The notes under the pieces are model-generated. The model did not search any database. It was not told the DNA's origin and saw only the letters and a list, made by a program, of their open reading frames with translations. DNA of 53,568 nucleotides, taken from contig JAUJOH010000003.1 in NCBI GenBank assembly GCA_030447745.1, positions 118,143-171,710 of the forward strand, written 5' to 3'. The stretch's first letter is position 1, and each line of letters starts with the position of its first letter. Below, piece after piece: positions 1-8,687 of this stretch. Both the position numbers and the translations under genes were made by a program. The stretch is from Chloroflexota bacterium. Lineage in GTDB: Bacteria; Chloroflexota; Limnocylindria; Limnocylindrales; CSP1-4.

Positions 1-342
1 ATCCTGTTCAGCTCGCAGGGCTGGTGGACCGGCGGCTTCGGCGGCTCGGTCGCGTACGCAGCCACGAAGGGCGGCGTGACGACAATGTGCCGCGGCCTGG
101 CCAGGACGTTCGGGCCGCACCAGATCACCGTCAACTGCGTCTCGCCCGGGCAGGTCCACACGCCGATGCTCATGACCGGGCTGGCACCCGAGGTCTACGA
201 GAACATGAAGAAGCAGACGCCGCTCGGCTACGTCGCCGAGCCGGAGGAGATGGCCGGTCCGGTCGTCTTCCTCGCATCGGACCACGCGAAGTACATCACC
301 GGGGCCACGATCAACGCCTCCGGTGGCTTCCTCATGTACTGA
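1..342 (+). CDS. SDR family oxidoreductase, C-terminal part (5' end outside window)
   Basis: Frame 1 reads ILFSSQGWWTGGFGGSVAYAATKGG (YxxxK), then VNCVSPG, FLASD and YITGATINASGG, all typical SDR motifs. Confidence 0.93.
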   Translation: MLFSSQGWWTGGFGGSVAYAATKGGVTTMCRGLARTFGPHQITVNCVSPGQVHTPMLMTGLAPEVYENMKKQTPLGYVAEPEEMAGPVVFLASDHAKYITGATINASGGFLMY

Positions 343-353
343 GCCCGTCCGCG

Positions 354-758
354 ATGTCGGCTCTCGTCAGCGACTTTCAGTTCCCGTGGGCCGCCGGCTG
401 GTACTTCTCGCAGGCCGTCCGGGCTGGCGACGTGATCGTGACGGCCGGCCAGGCCGGCTTCGACGACGACGGGCGGGTCGTCGGCGACGACTTCGAGAGC
501 CAGCTCCGGCAGGCCTTCCGAAACCTCGACCGCGTGCTCCGGACACAGGGGTCCTCGCTCGACGGCGTCATGCGCCTCAACACGTACCTGTCCCACCAGT
601 CGCAGGACGAGGGGTTCAAGCGGATCCGCGGCGAGTTCCTCACGCCGCCGTATCCCGCGTCGACGGCGGTCATCGTCGGGTTCGTCTTCCCCGGCATGCT
701 GTGCGAGATCGAGGCCATCGCCGTGCGCGGCGGCGTCCGCGAGCGGGACGCCCGTTGA
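354..758 (+). CDS. Rid (YjgF/YER057c/UK114) family protein lacking the catalytic Arg
   Basis: YFSQAVRAGDVIVTAGQ, QLRQAFRNL, YPASTAV, EIEAIA; ATG at 354 follows the SDR stop. Confidence 0.9.
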   Translation: MSALVSDFQFPWAAGWYFSQAVRAGDVIVTAGQAGFDDDGRVVGDDFESQLRQAFRNLDRVLRTQGSSLDGVMRLNTYLSHQSQDEGFKRIRGEFLTPPYPASTAVIVGFVFPGMLCEIEAIAVRGGVRERDAR

Positions 759-766
759 CCGCGACG

Positions 767-1789
767 ATGCGGGCGATCGAGCTGCCGGAGGTCGGAGCGC
801 CCCTTCGGGCGACTCGACGGGAGGCGCCCGAACCGGGCCCCGGCGAGGTCCGCGTCCGGATCGACGCGTGCGGCGTATGCGGCTCCGACGTCTTCCTGCA
901 GAAGGGCGGCTTCGGCGACAAGGTCCCGTACCCGGTCATCCCGGGACACGAGGCGGCCGGGGTCGTGGACGCGCTCGGGGACGCCGTCGACGGCCTGGCG
1001 GCCGGCGACCAGGTCGCGCTGTACTACATCACGACGCCACCGGGCGATCCGTGGGCCGCGCGCGGGCGACCGAACATCTCGCCCGCGGTCACGCGGATGG
1101 GCGTTGACGTCGACGGCGCGTTCGCGGAGTACGTGCTGCGGCCGCCCGAGGCGCTCATCAAGCCACCGGCACCCGTGCCGCCGGCGGTCCTCGCGGTGCT
1201 GACCGATGCGGTCGCGACGCCGCTCCACGGACTGAAGCGCGTGGCTCGCCTCGCCGCCGGCGAGACGCTCGTCGTTCTGGGCGTGGGCGGGCTCGGGTCG
1301 AATGCCGTGCAGCTCGGGAAGGCGTTCGGCGCACGGGTGATCGCCGTCACTCGCTCCGAGGCGAAGCTGCGCCTCGCGCGCGAGCTGGGCGCCGACGAGA
1401 CCGTGGCCGCCCAAGACGGCGATCCAGTCGCGGCCGTGAAGGGACTGACGGACGGACATGGTCCCGACGTGGTGGTCCAGTGTGTGGGATCCGCGGCCGC
1501 GGACGAGCAGGCGATCGCGATGGGCGGACCCGGCGGCCGCGTCGTCCTGATCGGCTCGAGCCTCGACCACTTCCGGGCCCGGGCGGTCGACATCTTGTGG
1601 CGCGAGCTCGCGGTGCTCGGATCGCGCGGCTTCGTGCCGGACGACATCCGCGATGCGATCGACCTCTTGCTCGATGGGACGCTCACCGTCAACCACCTCG
1701 TCGAGGGCGTCCGACCGTTGGCGGAAGCGAACGAGGCGCTCGAGGACCTCAAGGCGGGGCGCGTATTCCGCTCGGTCCTGGTCCCCTGA
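767..1789 (+). CDS. Zn-dependent (MDR) alcohol dehydrogenase
   Basis: CGVCGSD, GHE, TDAVATP and the Rossmann motif GVGGLG; a TTG at 755 overlapping the upstream stop is an alternative start. Confidence 0.93.
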   Translation: MRAIELPEVGAPLRATRREAPEPGPGEVRVRIDACGVCGSDVFLQKGGFGDKVPYPVIPGHEAAGVVDALGDAVDGLAAGDQVALYYITTPPGDPWAARGRPNISPAVTRMGVDVDGAFAEYVLRPPEALIKPPAPVPPAVLAVLTDAVATPLHGLKRVARLAAGETLVVLGVGGLGSNAVQLGKAFGARVIAVTRSEAKLRLARELGADETVAAQDGDPVAAVKGLTDGHGPDVVVQCVGSAAADEQAIAMGGPGGRVVLIGSSLDHFRARAVDILWRELAVLGSRGFVPDDIRDAIDLLLDGTLTVNHLVEGVRPLAEANEALEDLKAGRVFRSVLVP

Positions 1790-1897
1790 GGCCCCGTGGC
1801 TGCCGGCTCTGTGGGCCGGAACCCGGCTTCTACGTCCGCCGGCAGCAGGTCGTCGACGTGGTCGGCGACGGAGTCGAAGCTTCGCCACGCCGCCGGC

Positions 1898-3865
1898 TCA
1901 CCCTCCTGAGCGGAGATCGATCCGCGCCACGGCGTATGGCCCGAGCTCGAGCGTGAGGCGCCCGTCCTCGACCGCCTGGCCGGAGCCGCTGTTCCGGAAC
2001 GCAGCCGGGTCACGCATCGCCTCTTGAGCGGTCACCTCATCGAGGATTCGGACGTCCACCTCGCCCCCGTCGAGCCCAGTGACGACGACCGTCGACCGCT
2101 CCGGGCGGACGTTCGCGACAAGGACACGCGTCCCGGCATCGTCCTCGATCCCAAGGCCGACGGCCGCCAGAGGCTGGTCCGAGCGGGCCTCGCGGACGCG
2201 GCCGCCGGAGCGTTCGGCGACGTCCGCGAAGACGTGGGCGAGCGGGACCATGTCGCCCGGGCGGGACGGGAAGCGCGGATCCGGTGGGCCGCCGTCCTGC
2301 TCGACGACCCCGCGCCAGCCGGTCGTCTCGAAGTAGGTGACGCTGTCGGCGCCGCTCCCCGCGAGCGCGGCGACCGAGCCAAGCGTCCAGGCCGCTCCGA
2401 GCAGCGACGCCTGGCGAACGTCGACCGCGGCCGGCAGGTCGTCCGGACGCGACGGCCCGGCGGGATACGGCCCGAACCGGGTCGCCAGCGTGACTGGGCT
2501 GACGCTGATCGGACGGTCACCGCCGAACGTCCTGGTGAAGCGTACGACCTCGCCCTGACCCGCCAAGTTCTCGACGATCGAGGTGTCGTCGGCGGCATGG
2601 ACCGTGGGGCTCATGGAGTAGCAGATGCCGCTGAAGACGGGGTCCTCCGGCCGGTCTCGGTTGATGTCGCTGAAGTTCTGGTTCGTCCCGCCGGCGAACG
2701 GGACGTCTCCGATCACGGACTCCAGCCGCCGGCGGACGAGCCGGGCGACCGCCGGCGGCGTCCCTCCCTGGAGCGCGCTGAAGCCCTCGCGGGCGAAGTA
2801 GACGAGGACGCGCGCGACCGTCACCCCGAGCGGGCCGAGCCTCGCTGCCAGCCGGTCGAGGCCCTTGCCGCTCCCCTCGTTTGCGAACACAGCCAGCTCG
2901 AGCGCCGCATCGACCGCCTGGGCATCGACGGCCACCCGATCGAGCGCGGCGAGTCCCGCCTCGTCGAGGCTCACTTCGACCCGCAGGTGGGCCGGGCGCA
3001 GAAGCGCGATCTTGGCCGCCTCGCCGGCCGACAGCGGCTGACCGTGGCTCGGTTGCCCGAGTCCAATCGCCGGCAGCCGCTCGGCGACGACCGGCGCGAG
3101 CGTGATCGTCGGCGGCGCTGGTGGGCGGGCCGTGGGAACGGCGCCACCGAACCCGATCGTGAGGACCTGACGGATGCGCTGACCGTCGGTCGAGTCGAAC
3201 GGGAAGCCGAGGGCGAGTGGCGTCGCATAGGACTTGAAGTTCGCATCCGTCCAGTTGCGGTGGTCCTGGAGCTCGAGCAGGTCGCCCTCGAGGGCGGCGA
3301 CCGCCTCGAGCCCGTCGACGACCTCGATCGCGATCTCTGAGTACGGGGCGAACATGCCGAGGATCGTTCCGTCGACGATCCACTGCGGTTCGATCGCGTC
3401 GGGCAGGACGCCGCGCAGCTCGCCCTCTGCCGTCTGCGCTCGGTACGGTCGCCCGACGGACCCGTCGAGCGCGTGGTGGACGTTGAAGCCGATTTTCGAG
3501 TACTGGAACACGCCCCGGCACGCTCCGTCCATCTCGTAGCGGATCGTGCCGTCAGGAGCGCCGGTGATCGTTCCGCGCCAGGTGAAGTGGATCGCCTCGT
3601 ATCGATGCTCCGCCTCGAACGAGACCCGGAACCCGTCCTCAGCCTGCTCGATCTGCCAGTCGCGGTACGTCGCCGGAATGGTATTCCAGGGAGCGTCGCG
3701 AACTGCAACGTAGACCCGCTGGACGAGCTCAGTGTCGCCGACTCGGACGTGGCGCAGGTCGGCGCCGTCGAGGAGGGCGCGAACCGGCCCGGCCTCGAGT
3801 ACGCGAGGTGCCGGACCCGGCTGGTCCCGGCCGGTCAGGATCCGTGACGCATCCGCGATCGCCAT
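1898..3865 (-). CDS. D-apionate lactonase (ApnL)-like protein
   Basis: 655 aa with LEAGPVRALLDGADLRHV...YVAVRDAPWNT and ELQDHRNWTDANFKSYATPLALGFP, matching the ApnL-type FEMEDQRNWxDASxKTY motif from memory; SD GAGGAGG upstream. Confidence 0.75.
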   Translation of the reverse strand: MAIADASRILTGRDQPGPAPRVLEAGPVRALLDGADLRHVRVGDTELVQRVYVAVRDAPWNTIPATYRDWQIEQAEDGFRVSFEAEHRYEAIHFTWRGTITGAPDGTIRYEMDGACRGVFQYSKIGFNVHHALDGSVGRPYRAQTAEGELRGVLPDAIEPQWIVDGTILGMFAPYSEIAIEVVDGLEAVAALEGDLLELQDHRNWTDANFKSYATPLALGFPFDSTDGQRIRQVLTIGFGGAVPTARPPAPPTITLAPVVAERLPAIGLGQPSHGQPLSAGEAAKIALLRPAHLRVEVSLDEAGLAALDRVAVDAQAVDAALELAVFANEGSGKGLDRLAARLGPLGVTVARVLVYFAREGFSALQGGTPPAVARLVRRRLESVIGDVPFAGGTNQNFSDINRDRPEDPVFSGICYSMSPTVHAADDTSIVENLAGQGEVVRFTRTFGGDRPISVSPVTLATRFGPYPAGPSRPDDLPAAVDVRQASLLGAAWTLGSVAALAGSGADSVTYFETTGWRGVVEQDGGPPDPRFPSRPGDMVPLAHVFADVAERSGGRVREARSDQPLAAVGLGIEDDAGTRVLVANVRPERSTVVVTGLDGGEVDVRILDEVTAQEAMRDPAAFRNSGSGQAVEDGRLTLELGPYAVARIDLRSGG

Positions 3866-3875
3866 CCGAGCCTCC

Positions 3876-4140
3876 TCACCACATCACCAAACCGGCGGTG
3901 AAGTTGATCGCCTGACCGGTCATGTGGGCCGCCGCCGCCGCCTCCGAGAGGGGGAACCATTTCACCCCATGCCCCTCTCGCTGCGCCGACTTCTACAATC
4001 ACGGCCGTCCCCACACCGCGATCGGACGCCTCGTGCCCTACGCGGTTGTCAACGACGTCCGCGAGCATCACAGCCAAGCAGCCGGCGAGCCACCGCGTGG
4101 CCGATCCCGCTTGCGGATCCGATGACCACGGCCAAGCGCG
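3876..4140 (-). pseudogene. SDR relic: N-terminal and C-terminal ends only, middle replaced by an IS end
   Basis: Minus strand about 4138-4073 reads RLAVVIGSASGIGHAVARRLLG (Rossmann motif). Minus strand 3950-3876 reads LSEAAAAAHMTGQAINFTAGLVMW* (SDR C-terminus). Confidence 0.75.
3985..4072 (+). mobile_element. IS481-family transposase 3' end and right terminus relic
   Basis: Reads FYNHGRPHTAIGRLVPYAVVNDVREHHS (YNxxRPHxxxG...VNNV type C-terminus) and ends in ACA at 4070-4072, exactly at the junction with the SDR relic. Confidence 0.65.
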
Positions 4141-4202
4141 CCCGTTGCCTCGCCCACCCGCACCCCGGTTCCCGCGGGCGGGGATCTCGTCCCCTATCCT
4201 AC

Positions 4203-4216
4203 TGGAAACGGTTGCA
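4203..4216. promoter_or_regulatory. LacI-family operator (TGGAAACGGTTGCA)
   Basis: CG-centred pseudo-palindrome just downstream of a -10-like TATCCT (4195-4200); the motif recurs 7 times in the island. Confidence 0.75.
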
Positions 4217-4265
4217 TCACCGACGATGGACGACCGCGGCGGCAAGTCGGATCGGAGGGCCGGAG

Positions 4266-5036
4266 ATGGGCGGGCGGTTCGAGAACCAAGTCGCGGTGGT
4301 GACTGGCGGCGCACGGGGGATTGGGGAAGCGATCGTCCGGCGGATCGTCGCCGAGGGCGGTTCGGCGGTCGTTCCTGACCTGATCGACCCGGTCGAGCCG
4401 CTGCCGCGGACGCGCTACCTGCGCTGCGATATCACGGACCGCGACGCCGTCGCCGCAGCCCACGCCTCGATCGAAGCGGAGGAGGGCCGGCTCGACATCC
4501 TGGTGAACAACGCCGGGAACCAGAGTGTCGCACTGACCGACCAGTTCGACCCGGACGCCTGGGAGTCCGTCATCGGGGTCCACCTGTTTGGCGCGTTCTA
4601 CTGGTCGCGTCTTGCCCTCCGGACGATGAAGGCTCAGCGGTCCGGGGCGATCGTGACCGTAGCGTCCGTCGCCGGGCTGATCGCGCTGCCCGGGCGGGGG
4701 CCATACTCGGCGGCCAAGGCCGCCCTGATGAGCCTGACTCGGGTGATGGCGACCGAGGTCGCCGAGCTCGGGATCCGGGTCAACGCGGTCGCGCCGGGAA
4801 TGGCCCGGACGTTCCTCGTCGAGGAGGGCATCCGGAACGGCTCGATCGACTTCAAGGGGATGCTCGAGGAGATCCCGATGCGCCGGCTGGCGACGGTCGA
4901 CGACATCGCCAAGGCGGTCTGCTTCCTCGCCTCCGATGACGCGTCGTACGTCATCGGCCACACCCTCGTCGTCGACGGGGGCTGGACCATCCTCGGCATG
5001 CACCGCAAGCCCGAATGGCTGGCGGCCACCGGGTGA
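4266..5036 (+). CDS. SDR family oxidoreductase
   Basis: TGGARGIG, NNAG, YSAAK, VDGGW. Confidence 0.95.
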   Translation: MGGRFENQVAVVTGGARGIGEAIVRRIVAEGGSAVVPDLIDPVEPLPRTRYLRCDITDRDAVAAAHASIEAEEGRLDILVNNAGNQSVALTDQFDPDAWESVIGVHLFGAFYWSRLALRTMKAQRSGAIVTVASVAGLIALPGRGPYSAAKAALMSLTRVMATEVAELGIRVNAVAPGMARTFLVEEGIRNGSIDFKGMLEEIPMRRLATVDDIAKAVCFLASDDASYVIGHTLVVDGGWTILGMHRKPEWLAATG

Positions 5037-5373
5037 CCAGGTCGCGCCTCTAGTACAAGACGACACCGCCGGGCGATCGCTCGGCCGCCCGGGGACGCCC
5101 GAACATCTCGGCCGCGGTCACTCCGATGGGGGTTGATGTCGACGAGGCGGTCGCCGGTATGTCCTGCGGCCCCCGGCCGCGCTGATCAAGCCGCGAGCGC
5201 CGGTCCCGCCGTCCTTTCGCCGTCCGGGTGCTCACCATCGGGCACGTGCGGGACGTCGTCATCCCGCGTCGCGGTCGAGCACCGGGTCGAGCACGTCCGG
5301 CCGCTGTCCGAGCGAACGAGGCGCTCGAGGACCTCAAGCCGGGCCGGGTGTTCCGCTCGGACCGTCTGATCCG
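5035..5373 (+). pseudogene. Degenerate, internally deleted copy of the Zn-ADH at 767-1789
   Basis: DNA aligns by eye to about 1007-1210 (gaccaggtcgcg...gaacatctcg...gctgatcaagcc) and then to about 1700-1785 (gcgaacgaggcgctcgaggacctcaag...ttccgctcgg), with indels and a stop. Confidence 0.85.
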
Positions 5374-6153
5374 TCAGTTGTGCATCCAGCCGCCGTCGAC
5401 AAGCAGCGTCTGCCCCGTGATGAACCCGGCGGCGTCAGAGGCGAGGAATAGCGCCGTCGCCGCGATGTCGTCAGCCCGCCCGAACCGCTTGAGCGACTGG
5501 ATCTCCATCAGCCGCTGGCGGAACGCCTCGACGTCCCCGACGGCGGCCGTCGAGCGGGTCTGGATCGAGCCCGGCGCCAGCGAGTTGACACAGATCCCGT
5601 GGACGCCGAGCTCTCGGGCCAGGGCTCGCGTGTAGCCGACGACCGCGGCCTTGCTCGTCACGTACGCGCCGAGGTTCGGCGGATCGGCCGAGAAGACCAT
5701 CACGGACGAGAAGTTGATGACCCGGCCGGCCCCGCTCTTCGCCAGGGCGGGAAACGCGGCCCGAACGACTCGGGCGTAGCCGCCGACGTTCGTCGAGAAG
5801 ATATCCTCCATGAACTCGGCGGGCTCGTCGATCAGCGAGCCGGTCGGATATTGCGCCGCGGCGTTGACGACGACATCGAGCCCGCCAAGGCGGGAGACAC
5901 CCTCGCGGACGGCCGCTTCGACCTCGGGCGTGTTCTGGACGTCCGCTCGACGGACTGCTCCGAACCCCTGTGCCTGCGCAACGTCGTCGAGGACCGAGGT
6001 GTCGATGTCCATCGTGGCGACCTGCGCGCCTGCACCGGCGAAAGCCGCCGCCGTGGCCAAGCCAAGCCCGTGCCCGGCGCCCGAGACGAGGACCCGGCGA
6101 TCGGTGAGGTCGAATAGCTTGACCGCCTCACGCGGGAGCGATTCCTCGGTCAT
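5374..6153 (-). CDS. SDR family oxidoreductase
   Basis: SGAGHGLG, VNAA, YVTSK, FITGQTLLVDGG. Confidence 0.95.
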   Translation of the reverse strand: MTEESLPREAVKLFDLTDRRVLVSGAGHGLGLATAAAFAGAGAQVATMDIDTSVLDDVAQAQGFGAVRRADVQNTPEVEAAVREGVSRLGGLDVVVNAAAQYPTGSLIDEPAEFMEDIFSTNVGGYARVVRAAFPALAKSGAGRVINFSSVMVFSADPPNLGAYVTSKAAVVGYTRALARELGVHGICVNSLAPGSIQTRSTAAVGDVEAFRQRLMEIQSLKRFGRADDIAATALFLASDAAGFITGQTLLVDGGWMHN

Positions 6154-6172
6154 CTGCGAGTCCCCAGCTGGA

Positions 6173-6186
6173 CGGAAACGTTCCGG
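6173..6186. promoter_or_regulatory. LacI-family operator (CGGAAACGTTCCGG)
   Basis: Second site in the divergent SDR/ABC intergenic region. Confidence 0.6.
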
Positions 6187-6222
6187 GAGCCGCGGAACGA
6201 GCTTGCCCGCGGTTCCGCCGGC

Positions 6223-6255
6223 TTGACAGCGTCTTAGCCGATGGTACCGTTTCCA
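6223..6255 (+). promoter_or_regulatory. Sigma70 promoter with overlapping LacI operator TGGTACCGTTTCCA (6242-6255)
   Basis: TTGACA at 6223-6228 and TG-extended TACCGT at 6245-6250; the operator overlaps the -10. Confidence 0.75.
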
Positions 6256-6288
6256 GCGACGGTTCCGTCATCCGCTCGTCGAGGGTGC

Positions 6289-7341
6289 ATGGAGGGCGCA
6301 TTGTCGATCCGCCCCGCCCCCGAGCCCGGTCCGGCGCCGTCCGCGGCCGTGGTCAGCGCCCGATCGACCTCGCTGCGACGGGCCCTCCCGGAGGAGACGG
6401 GCGTCATCGGCGCGCTCATCGTCCTCGTCGTGTTCATCGGTCTGCTCCGTCCGAACTTCCTCACCCCGGCGGTCCTCTTCCAGCAACTGTCGGGTGCGGC
6501 GTTCATCGGCATGCTCGCGCTCGGGATGGTGTTCGTCATCGCCATCCGCGACATCGACCTATCGGTCGGCTGGATGTTCAACTTCGCGGCGGTCGTCGGA
6601 GCGAAATCGATCGTCGCGGGGCTCGATCCCTGGCTCGGCGCCGGCGTTGCGGTCGCCTTCGGTGCCCTGCTGGGCCTGGTCAACGGGGTGCTGAGCGCCC
6701 GGCTCCGGATCCCGGTCATCATCATCACCCTCGGCACGTTCTCCGCCTTTCGCGGTCTGTCGCTCGTCGTCAACGAGTCGCGCGCGGTCGTGCCGCCGGA
6801 TCGGACGAGCGCCTTCTTCAGCCTGTTCGACGCCAAGGTCTTCGGGCTGATCCCGGGCGTGGCGATCGCGTTCGTCGTGCTTGCCATCCTGCTGCACGTG
6901 CTCCTCCACCACACGCGCTTCGGCTATCGGGTGCAAGCGATGGGCAGCAATCCGGACGCCGCTCGCCTCGCCGGGATCGCAACCGATCGGACGCGCATCC
7001 TGGTGCTCGTCTTGATGGGCGCGATCGCCGGCCTGACCGGTGCGATGTTCCTCGGCTTCCGCGAGGCGATCGATCCGGTCACCGGCGGTGATTACCTGCT
7101 GCCGGTCGTGGCCGCGGTGATCATCGGCGGCACGCCACTGTCCGGGGGTCGGGGGACGATCCTCGGTGCGGTCGTCGGTGCGCTCATCATCCAGGTCATC
7201 ACGACCGGGATCCTGTTTCTGGGCGTCGACGTGAAGTGGAGCACGTTCGTCACCGGGGCCGTCATCATCGTCGCGGTCGCGGTCGACCAGCTCGTCCGGC
7301 GCCAGCGCGAGCGCCAGCGTCGCTCCGCCGACAGCCTGTGA
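6289..7341 (+). CDS. Sugar ABC transporter permease (RbsC/CUT2 type)
   Basis: IDLSVG, IITLGT, GSNPDAARLAGI, AAVIIGGTPLSGGRG; alternative TTG start at 6301. Confidence 0.95.
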   Translation: MEGALSIRPAPEPGPAPSAAVVSARSTSLRRALPEETGVIGALIVLVVFIGLLRPNFLTPAVLFQQLSGAAFIGMLALGMVFVIAIRDIDLSVGWMFNFAAVVGAKSIVAGLDPWLGAGVAVAFGALLGLVNGVLSARLRIPVIIITLGTFSAFRGLSLVVNESRAVVPPDRTSAFFSLFDAKVFGLIPGVAIAFVVLAILLHVLLHHTRFGYRVQAMGSNPDAARLAGIATDRTRILVLVLMGAIAGLTGAMFLGFREAIDPVTGGDYLLPVVAAVIIGGTPLSGGRGTILGAVVGALIIQVITTGILFLGVDVKWSTFVTGAVIIVAVAVDQLVRRQRERQRRSADSL

Positions 7342-7450
7342 TCGACCAAGTCCAGCGAAAAAGCACCGGGTCCACCAGCCCGCCGTCCGGTCGACGACCG
7401 ACGTCCGGTCGTCTGAACGGTCGCGCTCACTCGAGGAGGAGGCTCTGATC

Positions 7451-8650
7451 GTGAACCGTCGCTACGGATGGGCGATGCCCGCCATCACCGCGCTGTTCCT
7501 GACCGCGTGCACGACCGGCGGCGGGGCGACGAGCCCGCCGACGTCGGAGACCTCGCCCGGCCCCTCGGTCACCGCCCCGACCGACGCCGCTTCGCCTTCG
7601 ATGGCAGCCGAGAGCCCGGCGAGCGCTGCGCCCGAGGATCCGACGGCCGAACGCGTGACGATCGGCTTCGTGACCCACGTCATCGGCAACCCGTTCATCC
7701 AGCAGATCATCGACGGCGCGCAAGCCGCGGCCGACGACCTGAACGTCGAGCTCCAGGTGACTGGCCCCGAAGGCGGTGACGCCGACGCGCAGCTCAAGGC
7801 GGCCCAGACGCTCGTCGCGACCGGCGTTCAGGGGATCGCGACCTCGGTTCCCGGCGAGTCGATGGCCGGCGGTCTAAACGAGATCATCGATTCGGGCATC
7901 CCGGTCGTCCAGTTCAACATCCTGTCGACGACGGTCAAGGCGCCGTATGTCGGCGAACGGTCGGTCGAGAGCGGCCGGATCCTCGGCTCACGCGTGCTCG
8001 AGCAGCTCGGCGGCGACACCGCAACCGGCAAAGTGATCATCGGCAACTGCTTCCCTGGCTTCCCCGTCCTCGAGAACCGCGCGAAGGGCGTCCAGGAATC
8101 GATCGGTGCGGCGAGCGGGATCGAGATTCTCGGCCCGTTTGACGTCAAGGTCGCCGCGAACGAGAACTACGCCGCCTGGGAGGCGCTCCTCGCCGCGAAC
8201 CAGGACGCGAAGGCCATGGTGGGCCTGTGCGCCCCGGACATCGCCAGCCTCGGCCGGCTTCAGGCTGCGAACCCAGACACCCCGTTCGTCTCAGGCGGCT
8301 ATGACCTGACGCCGGAGAACCTGGCCGAGATCAAGGCCGGCAACGCGTACATCAGCCTTGGGCAGACGCCGTTCATGCAGGGCTACCTGCCGGTCAAGAT
8401 CCTGGCCGACACGATCCGCGGTCAGTCGTCCGTCGACCTGACGGAAGGCGGCTTCATCGACGCCGGCACAGAGATCGTGACCGCCGACCGCGTAATCGAG
8501 CCGTACGACCTGCCGCCGCTCACCTTCGAGCAGCTTGAGGAGCTCGCGGCGTCGCCCGAACGGGCGCGGGAGTACTACCAGCCGCTGGTCGAGAACCAGA
8601 TCGCGAACTGGCCGGAACTGCTCGAGCCGATCGAGAACGAATCGAAGTAG
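7451..8650 (+). CDS. Sugar ABC transporter substrate-binding lipoprotein
   Basis: Lipobox LTAC, Pro/Ser/Ala linker, NPF...GAQAAA, R...G motif, GQTPFMQGY; SD GAGGAGG. Confidence 0.92.
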   Translation: MNRRYGWAMPAITALFLTACTTGGGATSPPTSETSPGPSVTAPTDAASPSMAAESPASAAPEDPTAERVTIGFVTHVIGNPFIQQIIDGAQAAADDLNVELQVTGPEGGDADAQLKAAQTLVATGVQGIATSVPGESMAGGLNEIIDSGIPVVQFNILSTTVKAPYVGERSVESGRILGSRVLEQLGGDTATGKVIIGNCFPGFPVLENRAKGVQESIGAASGIEILGPFDVKVAANENYAAWEALLAANQDAKAMVGLCAPDIASLGRLQAANPDTPFVSGGYDLTPENLAEIKAGNAYISLGQTPFMQGYLPVKILADTIRGQSSVDLTEGGFIDAGTEIVTADRVIEPYDLPPLTFEQLEELAASPERAREYYQPLVENQIANWPELLEPIENESK

Positions 8651-8687
8651 CGAGCGGGCGGGAGACCATCGTTCTTCCCTCGACACT

